DNA from: an uncultured Chryseobacterium sp.
Lineage (GTDB): Bacteria; Bacteroidota; Bacteroidia; Flavobacteriales; Weeksellaceae
Length of the DNA stretch: 64,000 nucleotides
Assembly (NCBI GenBank): GCA_964588705.1
Contig: CAZPQV010000003.1
Span: 12,926-76,925, forward strand
Direction of reading: 5' to 3'
The notes below the pieces were generated by a model that worked only from the letters and a program-made list of their open reading frames with translations, had not been told where the DNA came from and did not search any database. The position numbers were made by a program, and so were the translations under genes. Shown in pieces: positions 38,631 to 47,195 of this stretch (position 1 is its first letter; each line of letters begins with the position of its first letter).

Positions 38631-38639
38631 ATGAAAGTT

Positions 38640-38674
38640 GGTGAAGCGCGAAGTTGGAAGATGGAAGCCCGAAG
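38640..38674. repeat. phased heptamer array, NNNGAAG class
   Basis: GGTGAAG CGCGAAG TTGGAAG ATGGAAG CCCGAAG, upstream of queD. Confidence 0.85.
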
Positions 38675-38854
38675 TAAAAAAAACGACATAAGTCACATTA
38701 GAAAGTCTTAAATGTGTGAAAAAAAGTTCAAAAAGGTCTTCATCAAAGATGAAAAGAAATAATGTCTCTAAAAAATTGATGTTGAATCTTGAAAAATCCG
38801 CAGGAGTGCTCCCTCGTTTTTCCTATCTTTACAGTTAGTTTTAAACCTATTTAA

Positions 38855-41230
38855 ATGAAAAAATATTTCACCATATTTTATGTGTTTTTCATCAGTATTT
38901 CATTAACTGCGCAAAACAGCAACCGTATTTTCAAAAGTTTCTCTGAAGAAAATCAGGTTTCAAAAATTGAAGTAAACGACGGAACGTATTTCCTGAAATT
39001 CTATGATGATGAAATTGTAGAAACAGCATTTATTCCAACAGGAGAAACCTACAACCCTACTTCTCATGCTGTGGTTTTAAACAAAAAAAATATTGATTTA
39101 TCCGTTACGGAAAAGCCTGATTTTATCAATATTTCTTCAGAAGATTTAACCGTGAAAATTCAGAAAAATCCTTTTCAAATTTCTTACTATAAAGACGGTG
39201 AACTCCTGATTTCGGAGAAAAACGGGTATCAGAAAAATGAACTCGAAACTATTGATTTCAACCTCACTTCGGATGAAGTTCTTTATGGTGCAGGTTCAAG
39301 AGCGGTTGGAATGAACCGCCGAGGAAAACGCTATCAGCTCTACAACCGTGCACATTATGGTTACGGCGACTACAGCGAGCTGCTGAATTTCACCATGCCT
39401 ATTGTGCTTTCGAGCAAGCAATATCTGCTTCATTTCGATAATGCACCTATCGGATATTTGGATTTTGACAGTAAAAAAGATAATACATTGGCATACGAAA
39501 CCATTTTCGGAAGGAAAGTTTATCAGGTCGTAACCGGAAAAAACTGGGAAAAACTCATTGAAAATTATACCGACCTCACCGGAAAACAGCCGATGCTTCC
39601 TCGCTGGGCGCTCGGAAATTTCTCGAGCAGATTTGGTTACCGTTCGCAGAAAGAAACAGTAGAGACCATTCAGAAATTCAGGGATGAAAAAATTCCTGTG
39701 GATGCGGTGATTATCGATTTATATTGGTTTGGGAAAGAAATTCAGGGAACCTTAGGAAATTTTGAATTTGATAAAGAAACCTTTCCACAACCTCAAAAAA
39801 TGGTGGATGACCTCCGTAAAAATAATGTCGAAACCATTTTGATTACAGAGCCTTTCGTGCTGAAAACTTCTAAAAAATGGGATGAAGCCATTCAAAAAAG
39901 AATATTAGGAAAGAATGATAAAGGCGAAGCACACACGTTTGATTTCTATTTCGGAACCGGAGGGATTATCGACATCTACGACCCTAAAGGATACAGTTGG
40001 TTTAAAGATATTTACACCGATCTTCTGAAAATGAACGTTACCGGAATTTGGGGCGATCTCGGCGAACCGGAAGCACATCCTTCTACAGTCGTTCACGCCA
40101 ATGGAACGGCCGACGAAGTGCATAATATTTACGGCCACGATTGGGCGCGACTGGTGCAGGATGCTTTTCATTCATTCAACTCAAAACTTCGTCCGTTTAT
40201 TCTGATGCGCGCGGGTTATTCCGGTTCTCAGCGTTACGGAATTGTGCCTTGGACAGGAGATGTTGGCCGAAGTTGGGGCGGACTGAAATCGCAACCTGAA
40301 ATTTCACTACAAATGGGAATGCAGGGAATTGCATTCATGGGAAGTGATTTGGGTGGTTTTGCCGGAGACCATTTTGATGACGAACTGTATGTGCGTTGGC
40401 TGCAATACGGTGTTTTCCAACCAATTTACCGTCCGCACGCCGGAGATGCCGTTCCAAGCGAACCGGTTTTTAGAAATGAAAAAACAAAACAATTATCCAA
40501 GAAAGCGATTGAGCTGCGCTATCAGATGCTGCCATATAATTATCAGTTAATTTATGAAAATTCTGACGACGGAACACCTCTGATGAAGCCACTTTTCTTT
40601 GAAGAACCGGATAATAAAGAACTTTTCGCCTATGCCGATTCCTATTTATGGGGCAACGATTTCTTGGTTTCACCAATCGTGGAAGCAGGTAAGAAAGAAC
40701 AGAACGTTTATTTTCCTGCCAAATCCAACTGGTATGATTTCTATACCGGAGAAAAATATTCCGGAGGAAATTTCAAAACAGTAAAAACACACGAAGAATA
40801 CATTCCGACTTTTGTAAGAGGCGGTGCCATTATTCCTTTAGCCAAACCAATGCAGAGCACTAAGGAATACACCGGAAACGATTTAATTCTGAATTATTAC
40901 TACGATTCATCAGTAAACAAATCCAAAGCAAAACTGTATAATGACGACGGATTGCTGAACAATGCGGAGAAAGCAGAACAATACGAAGAAATGGAATTTG
41001 AAGCTGAATTCGTGAAAAACAGAGTTATTTTCGAAATGGAATCAGAACTTGGAGATCTTTTTTCAGCTTCCGATAAAACTATAGAACTGAATATTCTTCA
41101 TCTTCCAAAACAACCAAAATCGGTAAAAACGGGTTGGAAACGTTTAAAATACACCTACCAAAACGGAAAAGTAAAAATACCGGTAAAATGGAACAGCGGA
41201 AAAGAAAAGAAAATTAAAATCAAATTATAA
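38855..41230 (+). CDS. glycoside hydrolase family 31 protein (alpha-glucosidase/alpha-xylosidase-like)
   Basis: 791 aa with signal peptide. DAVIIDLYWFG, GIWGDLGEPE and GSDLGGF blocks are typical of Bacteroidota GH31. Confidence 0.8.
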   Translation: MKKYFTIFYVFFISISLTAQNSNRIFKSFSEENQVSKIEVNDGTYFLKFYDDEIVETAFIPTGETYNPTSHAVVLNKKNIDLSVTEKPDFINISSEDLTVKIQKNPFQISYYKDGELLISEKNGYQKNELETIDFNLTSDEVLYGAGSRAVGMNRRGKRYQLYNRAHYGYGDYSELLNFTMPIVLSSKQYLLHFDNAPIGYLDFDSKKDNTLAYETIFGRKVYQVVTGKNWEKLIENYTDLTGKQPMLPRWALGNFSSRFGYRSQKETVETIQKFRDEKIPVDAVIIDLYWFGKEIQGTLGNFEFDKETFPQPQKMVDDLRKNNVETILITEPFVLKTSKKWDEAIQKRILGKNDKGEAHTFDFYFGTGGIIDIYDPKGYSWFKDIYTDLLKMNVTGIWGDLGEPEAHPSTVVHANGTADEVHNIYGHDWARLVQDAFHSFNSKLRPFILMRAGYSGSQRYGIVPWTGDVGRSWGGLKSQPEISLQMGMQGIAFMGSDLGGFAGDHFDDELYVRWLQYGVFQPIYRPHAGDAVPSEPVFRNEKTKQLSKKAIELRYQMLPYNYQLIYENSDDGTPLMKPLFFEEPDNKELFAYADSYLWGNDFLVSPIVEAGKKEQNVYFPAKSNWYDFYTGEKYSGGNFKTVKTHEEYIPTFVRGGAIIPLAKPMQSTKEYTGNDLILNYYYDSSVNKSKAKLYNDDGLLNNAEKAEQYEEMEFEAEFVKNRVIFEMESELGDLFSASDKTIELNILHLPKQPKSVKTGWKRLKYTYQNGKVKIPVKWNSGKEKKIKIKL

Positions 41231-41234
41231 TCAC

Positions 41235-41260
41235 AGGCCTCGCAAATGCGGGGCTTTTTT
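41235..41260 (+). terminator. intrinsic terminator of the GH31 gene
   Basis: Stem GCCTCGC/GCGGGGC (one G-U pair), loop AAAT, TTTTTT. Confidence 0.75.
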
Positions 41261-41304
41261 CTTTTTAAAATATTTATATTTGGTTCTTCCGAAAAATTTT
41301 ATCT

Positions 41305-43662
41305 ATGAAAAAAATTCTGTCTTTTGCTACGATTCTGTTTACCACTTTAATTCTTGCCCAAACTTCCGTCTTAAAACTTGAGGATATTATGAAAGGGGAA
41401 GAGTTCGTGGGATTTCAACCGGAAAATGCAGTCTGGGGTTTTGACAATGAAACCGTTTATTTCGACTGGAATCCGAAAAACGAACCCGGAAAAACCATGC
41501 ATTACTGGAAAAAGGGAATGAAAGAACCGCTTCCTGCAACGCCGGAAGACGAGCAGTTTTACAGCAGCAGGTTTCAAACCAACGACTACCAAACCTACTA
41601 TTATATTTCGGGAGGGGCAGTTTGGTCTTATCATCCAAAAACCAATATTAAGAAAAGAATTTTTCAGAATGCTTTTCCGGTTATGAATCTTCAGTTGGGA
41701 AAAACACCGGGAGTCATTTTCTTTGAGCAGAGCGGAAATATTTTTAAACTAAATTCTTCGGAAGGAAGTTTGTTGCAACTGACCAATTTTTCGAAAACAA
41801 AAAATGAAGAAAAACCAAAACCGGAAGACGACTTTTTAAAAACTCAACAAAAAGAGTTATTCGAATATATTCAGGATCAGGAAACCCGAAAAAACTGGCG
41901 CGAAGCAAGAGCAAAAAAGGTGAAGAAAACTTTACCAAAACCATTCGGAACAGGAAAAGATTTCTTCAATCTTTCGGCAAATCCGAATGAAAAATTTGTA
42001 ACGTTCGTAGAAGGCACACGACCGAAAGCCAAAAACGAGCTGATGCCGGTTTTCATTACCAACGACGGTTACAACGAATCGAGAACCATTAAACAGAAAG
42101 TTTCAGTAAAGAATCTTTTCCCAACAAGACTTGGTATTTATAATGCTGAAAAAGACACCGTTTATTTTGCTGATTTCAAGAATTTAAGTGGATTGAATGT
42201 TCAACCAAGACATTTTGAAGAAAATAAAAAAGATGAAAAAGCAGATGACAAATCCAAAAAAGATGAGCGTTATCTGTCATTTGGGCGCACCGTTTACAGC
42301 AAAGACGGAAATTTTGCGGTTGTAGATATTAGAACTCAGGATAATAAAGACCGTTGGCTGATTTCTTTAAATCTGAATGACGGAAGTTTTGAAGAAATCG
42401 ATCATCAGCACGACGAAGCTTGGATTGGCGGCCCCGGAATTCCTTCGTGGTCTTTCGGAACGGGAAACATCGGATTTTTGGCAGATGAAGCAACACTTTA
42501 TTATCAGTCTGAAAAAACAGGACATTCACATCTTTACACCTATAATCTGAAAACAAAAGCCAGAAATACTTTAACTTCAGGGAACTGGGAGGTTCGTTCG
42601 GCTGAACTTTCCAAGGACAAAAAAACCTTCTATCTCACTACCAACACTACACATCCCGGAAACCGTGAGTTTTATAAGATTGCGGCAAGTGGCGGTAAAA
42701 TGATTCCATTACTGACGGACGCAGGCTCACACGAAGTCAGTCTGTCGCCTGATGAGAAGAAACTTTTGGTTCGTTATTCTTTCAAAAATAAACCTTGGGA
42801 ACTTTATATTGCCGAAAATTCTTCAAAACCAAAACTTCAACAGATTACACAATCAACAACCGGCGATTTTAAGAATTATCAGTGGCGCGAACCGGAAGTC
42901 ATCACTTTTAATGCTCAGGACGGACAGAAAGTTTATGCAAGAATCTATCAGCCAAAATCTGAAGTAAAAAATTCTGCTGCGGTTATTTTCGTTCACGGAG
43001 CCGGATATCTGCAAAATGCCCATAATTGGTGGAGCAATTACCACCGCGAATATATGTTCCATAACATGCTTACAGATTTGGGATACACGGTTTTGGATAT
43101 CGATTATCGGGCAAGTGACGGCTACGGAAGAGATGTAAGAACCGGAATTTACAGATTTATGGGCGGAAAAGATCTTTCGGATCATATCGACGGGAAGAAT
43201 CTTTTAGTAAATAATTATGGAATAAATCCTGATAAAGTTGGTATATATGGTGGCAGTTATGGCGGTTTTATCACACTGATGGCACTACTTACAGAACCGG
43301 GAGAATTTAAGGCCGGCGCTGCACTGCGTTCCGTTACCGATTGGGCGCATTACAACCACGGCTATACCGGAAACATTCTTAACTTTCCGGAAACCGATCC
43401 CGAAGCTTACAAAAAATCTTCGCCTATTTATTTTGCTGCTAATTTGAAAGACAACCTTTTGATGCTTCACGGAATTGTGGATGATAATGTGGAATACAAA
43501 GATATTGTGAGACTGCAGCAGCGTTTTATTGAATTAGGAAAAACCAATTGGGATTTGGCTTCTTACCCTGTTGAAGCGCACGGTTTTAGAGAAAATTATT
43601 CGTGGGTGGATGAATACCGGAGAATTCTGGAGCATTTTAATAAATATTTATTGGGGAAATAA
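41305..43662 (+). CDS. S9 family (prolyl oligopeptidase/DPP-type) serine peptidase
   Basis: 785 aa with signal peptide. GGSYGGF nucleophile elbow, LMLHGIVDDNV and AHGF in the C-terminal hydrolase domain. Confidence 0.85.
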   Translation: MKKILSFATILFTTLILAQTSVLKLEDIMKGEEFVGFQPENAVWGFDNETVYFDWNPKNEPGKTMHYWKKGMKEPLPATPEDEQFYSSRFQTNDYQTYYYISGGAVWSYHPKTNIKKRIFQNAFPVMNLQLGKTPGVIFFEQSGNIFKLNSSEGSLLQLTNFSKTKNEEKPKPEDDFLKTQQKELFEYIQDQETRKNWREARAKKVKKTLPKPFGTGKDFFNLSANPNEKFVTFVEGTRPKAKNELMPVFITNDGYNESRTIKQKVSVKNLFPTRLGIYNAEKDTVYFADFKNLSGLNVQPRHFEENKKDEKADDKSKKDERYLSFGRTVYSKDGNFAVVDIRTQDNKDRWLISLNLNDGSFEEIDHQHDEAWIGGPGIPSWSFGTGNIGFLADEATLYYQSEKTGHSHLYTYNLKTKARNTLTSGNWEVRSAELSKDKKTFYLTTNTTHPGNREFYKIAASGGKMIPLLTDAGSHEVSLSPDEKKLLVRYSFKNKPWELYIAENSSKPKLQQITQSTTGDFKNYQWREPEVITFNAQDGQKVYARIYQPKSEVKNSAAVIFVHGAGYLQNAHNWWSNYHREYMFHNMLTDLGYTVLDIDYRASDGYGRDVRTGIYRFMGGKDLSDHIDGKNLLVNNYGINPDKVGIYGGSYGGFITLMALLTEPGEFKAGAALRSVTDWAHYNHGYTGNILNFPETDPEAYKKSSPIYFAANLKDNLLMLHGIVDDNVEYKDIVRLQQRFIELGKTNWDLASYPVEAHGFRENYSWVDEYRRILEHFNKYLLGK

Positions 43663-43680
43663 TCCCTAAAAATTATTATT

Positions 43681-43934
43681 AAACCTGTTGTGCATTTAGG
43701 CATCATCAATCACATTTAATATAAATAGTTAGTAACAACTGTTTTATATTTTTAAAACGCAAAGTTTCTAAATTGAATCTAAAATTTTTAGAAAGCAAAG
43801 AAATAATTCGCTAGCGAATTTGACCAAGCGAATGCTTCGCGACGAATTTATTCGTCATCTTTGCTAGCTTAAAGATTAAATAAATCATTTAAAATCTTTG
43901 CGTCTCAAAAAAATCCTAAATGCACAACTGGTTT
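43681..43934. repeat. 254-bp palindromic element with 20-bp terminal inverted repeats (MITE-like)
   Basis: 43681-43700 AAACCTGTTGTGCATTTAGG versus 43915-43934 CCTAAATGCACAACTGGTTT (19/20 as a reverse complement). The interior also has nested imperfect symmetry (AACGCAAAG/CTTTGCGTC, AGCAAAGA/TCTTTGCT, AATTCGCTAGCGAATT). Confidence 0.75.
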
Positions 43935-43944
43935 ATTAAATAAA

Positions 43945-43972
43945 AAGCCTTTCCGAAAATTCGGAAAGGCTT
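43945..43972. terminator. bidirectional intrinsic terminator (aceA on minus strand, S9 peptidase on plus strand)
   Basis: 12-bp perfect stem AAGCCTTTCCGA/TCGGAAAGGCTT, loop AAAT, T-rich on both sides. Confidence 0.85.
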
Positions 43973-44007
43973 TCTTTCAAACAACAAATTAAAAATATGG
44001 ATTAGAA

Positions 44008-45294
44008 TTAATGGAATTGCTCCTCTTCCGTAGAACCTGCCAACGCCGTTGTAGAAGCATTTCCTGAAGTTACTACGGTCTGAACTGTATCGAAATATCC
44101 GGTTCCTACGAAGCTTTGGTGTTTCACTGCGCGGAAACCTTTTGCCTGTAACGCAAATTCTCTTTCCTGAAGTTCGCTGTAACCTGCCATTCCTCTTTCT
44201 TTGTAAGCAGAAGCCAATTCGAACATCGAAGTGTTCAGTGCGTGGAATCCTGCCAGTGTGATGAATTGGAATTTGTAACCCATTTTCGCCAACTCTTCAC
44301 GGAATGTTTCCATTTCAGCAACAGAAAGTTTTGCTGCCCAGTTGAACGATGGAGAACAGTTATATGCCAACATTTTTCCAGGATATTTCGCGTGGATGCC
44401 TTCAGCAAATTTTCTTGCATAATCCAAATCAGGATTTGAAGTTTCCATCCAGATCAAATCTGCGTAAGGTGCGTAAGAAAGACCTCTGTCGATGCCCTGT
44501 TCAACGCCGTTGTTCACATAATAGAAGCCTTCGGAAGTTCTCTCTCCTTTAATGAATTTATGATCTCTTTCATCAATATCAGAAGTTAATAAATCTGCTG
44601 CATCTGCATCGGTTCTTGCTACCAAAACCGTTGGAACTCCACAAACGTCAGCCGCCAAACGAGCCGCAATCAGTTTGTTGATCGCCTCCTGAGTCGGAAC
44701 CAAAACTTTACCTCCAAGGTGACCGCATTTTTTAGCAGAAGACAACTGATCTTCGAAGTGAACCCCTGCTGCACCACTTTCAATCATCTGCTTCATCAGT
44801 TCGAACGCATTAAGATTTCCTCCGAAACCTGCTTCTGCATCGGCAACGATTGGAACCAGATAATTCTTTCTGTTCACCTCATCCACTTCATTTACCGACT
44901 GAATTTGGTCTGCTCTAAGAAGTGCATTGTTAATTCTTTTTACCACTGCAGGAACCGAGTTTGCAGGATATAATGATTGATCCGGATACATTTCGCCGGA
45001 AAGATTGGCATCTGCCGCAACCTGCCATCCTGAAAGATAAATCGCCTCAAGTCCGGCATCCACTTCCTGCACTGCCTGGTTTCCTGTTAATGCACCAAGT
45101 CCGGCCACGAAATCCTGATTGTTCAGTTTATTCCAAAGGGTTTCAGACATCATTCTGGCGATGCTGTAGTCTAGTTTATAGCTTCCGCGAAGTTTTAAAA
45201 CGTCTTCTGCGGTATAAGGTCTTGTAACACCTTTCCATCTTGGGTTTTCTGCCCATTCCTGTTCCAGTTGCTGGATTTGTTCTTTTTTGCTCAT
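44008..45294 (-). CDS. aceA: isocitrate lyase
   Basis: 428 aa. KKCGHLGGK active-site motif and PNSFNW-type block SPSFNW. Confidence 0.95.
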   Translation of the reverse strand: MSKKEQIQQLEQEWAENPRWKGVTRPYTAEDVLKLRGSYKLDYSIARMMSETLWNKLNNQDFVAGLGALTGNQAVQEVDAGLEAIYLSGWQVAADANLSGEMYPDQSLYPANSVPAVVKRINNALLRADQIQSVNEVDEVNRKNYLVPIVADAEAGFGGNLNAFELMKQMIESGAAGVHFEDQLSSAKKCGHLGGKVLVPTQEAINKLIAARLAADVCGVPTVLVARTDADAADLLTSDIDERDHKFIKGERTSEGFYYVNNGVEQGIDRGLSYAPYADLIWMETSNPDLDYARKFAEGIHAKYPGKMLAYNCSPSFNWAAKLSVAEMETFREELAKMGYKFQFITLAGFHALNTSMFELASAYKERGMAGYSELQEREFALQAKGFRAVKHQSFVGTGYFDTVQTVVTSGNASTTALAGSTEEEQFH

Positions 45295-45327
45295 GATATT
45301 TTGGATTTTGAATTATTTTTTTTGATT

Positions 45328-45383
45328 CGAGATTCGTGGTGCGGGATACGAGATACTCCGAAACCCGTATCCCGTAACTCGAT
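45328..45383. repeat. phased heptamer array (CGAGATT class) containing a 9-bp hairpin
   Basis: CGAGATT CGTGGTG CGGGATA CGAGATA CTCCGAA ACCCGTA TCCCGTA ACTCGAT. CGGGATACG (45342-45350) pairs with CGTATCCCG (45366-45374). Confidence 0.75.
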
Positions 45384-46960
45384 TAAATGTAATTGTATGC
45401 TTTTAAGGTTAAAAATTCCTGGAAGTTTTCATCGAAAACCAGTTCTTCAAACAGTTCCGTTGCCAGTTCGAATCTGCCGTTTTCGTAGCGGTCTGCACCC
45501 ACATATTCTTTTATGTTTTCAAGTTCTTCTTTCTGCCATTCCAAAACTAAATCTTTAGTTATGATTCTGCCATCATCCAATTTTGCTTTGTTTTTAAGCC
45601 ATTGCCAAACCTGAGTTCGTGAAATTTCTGCTGTTGCCGCATCTTCCATCAAATTATAAAGTGCTGCTGCTCCGGTGCCCATCAACCACGATTCGATATA
45701 CAGGATTCCAACATTGATGTTTTTTCTAACCCCTTTTTCAGTGATGGTTCCTTTCGGGATTTCAAGAAGATCGGCTTCAGAAATTTGATATTCTTCGAAT
45801 TTTTTATCAATCTGATTCGGCGTTGGCATAAACTCATTGAAAATCTGCATTGCTACAGGCACCAATCCCGGATGCGCAACCCAAGTTCCGTCGTGACCAT
45901 TTTTTACTTCACGTTCTTTATCAGCACGCACTTTTGCGTAAGCAATTTCATTTTCTTCCTCATTATTTTTCACAGGAATTTGCGCTGCCATTCCTCCCAT
46001 TGCGTGAACGCCTCTTCTGTGACACGCCTGAATTACTCTCTTGGAATAAGCACTCATAAACGGCGAAGTCATCGTTACCTGATCTCTGTCCGGAACCAAA
46101 AACTCAGGAAGATTTCTGAATTTTTTGATGTAGGAGAAGATATAATCCCAACGTCCGCAATTCAGTCCGGAACTGTGTTCTTTCAGTTCATACAAGATTT
46201 CATCCAGCTGAAAAGATGCCGTAATGGTTTCGATAAGCACTGTTGCTTTGATGGTTCCCTGTGGAATTCCAAGATATTTTTGTGAAAACACAAACACATC
46301 GTTCCACCATCTTGCTTCCGTATAATGCTCCAATTTTGGCAAATAAAAATACGGACCGTGACCATTTTCAATCAGTTGTTTTGCATTTCTGAAGAAATAA
46401 ATTCCAAAATCAACCAACGATCCGGATGCTCTTTGGCCATCAAATTCAATATTTTTTTCATCCAGATGCAAACCTCTTGGGCGAACCAAAAGCACCGCAG
46501 TTTTATCATTCAGCTGATATTTTTTACCCACTTCATTTTCGAAAGAAATGGTTTTATTAATGGCATCTGTAAGGTTGATTTGCCCTTCCATACAGTTTTC
46601 CCAAGTTGGTGAATTACTGTCTTCAAAATCCGCCATAAAAGTTGATGATCCTGAATTCAGTGCATTAATCACCATTTTTCTGTCCACCGGTCCAGTGATT
46701 TCCACGCGTCTGTCTAATAAATCCTTCGGAAGAGGATTACAAACCCAAGTCCCGTTTCTTACATCTGCTGTTTCTGCGGGAAAAGTTGGGAGATTACCTT
46801 TATTGAATTCCTCCTGAACTTTGGTTCTGTTTTCTAAAAGTTCCAACCTTCTTGCATTGAAATTCTGGTGAAGTTCCGTAAGAAATGCGACCAACTCCGG
46901 AGTAAATACTTCGGGATGCTGGTTCAGCGCTGTAATTTTCATTTGAGTAACCGTTTCCAT
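45383..46960 (-). CDS. aceB: malate synthase A
   Basis: ATG at 46960 (METVTQMKI). RVEITGPVDRKMVINALNSG, DFEDSNSPTW and LVRPRGLHL are characteristic. Confidence 0.93.
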   Translation of the reverse strand: METVTQMKITALNQHPEVFTPELVAFLTELHQNFNARRLELLENRTKVQEEFNKGNLPTFPAETADVRNGTWVCNPLPKDLLDRRVEITGPVDRKMVINALNSGSSTFMADFEDSNSPTWENCMEGQINLTDAINKTISFENEVGKKYQLNDKTAVLLVRPRGLHLDEKNIEFDGQRASGSLVDFGIYFFRNAKQLIENGHGPYFYLPKLEHYTEARWWNDVFVFSQKYLGIPQGTIKATVLIETITASFQLDEILYELKEHSSGLNCGRWDYIFSYIKKFRNLPEFLVPDRDQVTMTSPFMSAYSKRVIQACHRRGVHAMGGMAAQIPVKNNEEENEIAYAKVRADKEREVKNGHDGTWVAHPGLVPVAMQIFNEFMPTPNQIDKKFEEYQISEADLLEIPKGTITEKGVRKNINVGILYIESWLMGTGAAALYNLMEDAATAEISRTQVWQWLKNKAKLDDGRIITKDLVLEWQKEELENIKEYVGADRYENGRFELATELFEELVFDENFQEFLTLKAYNYI

Positions 46961-46984
46961 ATTATATTTTGTGATTTGACATGA

Positions 46985-46992
46985 CAAACTTA
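46985..46992 (-). promoter_or_regulatory. -7 box TAAGTTTG
   Basis: 24 nt upstream of the aceB ATG at 46960. Confidence 0.5.
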
Positions 46993-47012
46993 CAAAAAAT
47001 ATTTTCACTATG

Positions 47013-47026
47013 AGCGAACGTTCGCT
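47013..47026. promoter_or_regulatory. perfect 14-bp palindrome AGCGAACGTTCGCT (candidate operator)
   Basis: Lies 20-34 nt upstream of the aceB -7 box, where a -33 element would sit, in the divergent aceB/regulator intergenic region. Confidence 0.5.
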
Positions 47027-47048
47027 AATTATTTTTAATAATTATTAT

Positions 47049-47060
47049 GCGAACAATCGC
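47049..47060. promoter_or_regulatory. imperfect second copy GCGAACAATCGC (candidate operator)
   Basis: Shares the GCGAAC half-site. Centre-to-centre distance to the first palindrome is about 35 bp. Confidence 0.35.
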
Positions 47061-47115
47061 TATTTTTTATTTACATTTGTATTCATCGGAAGTTTCGGGT
47101 TATTTAGAATGATTT

Positions 47116-47123
47116 TAAATTTG
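47116..47123 (+). promoter_or_regulatory. -7 box TAAATTTG
   Basis: 72 nt upstream of the regulator ATG. Confidence 0.4.
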
Positions 47124-47195
47124 TTCAATGTGCGGAAAAAGAAATCTAAATCCTCTAACACGCCGCAAATCCGAAACTCATAACAAGTATCTCTA

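Noticed and set aside
38619-38700. preQ1 riboswitch upstream of queD
   Set aside because: The predicted -7 box lies 4 nt from the ATG, and the upstream sequence is a GAAG heptamer array. There is no room for an aptamer and no aptamer-like pseudoknot sequence.
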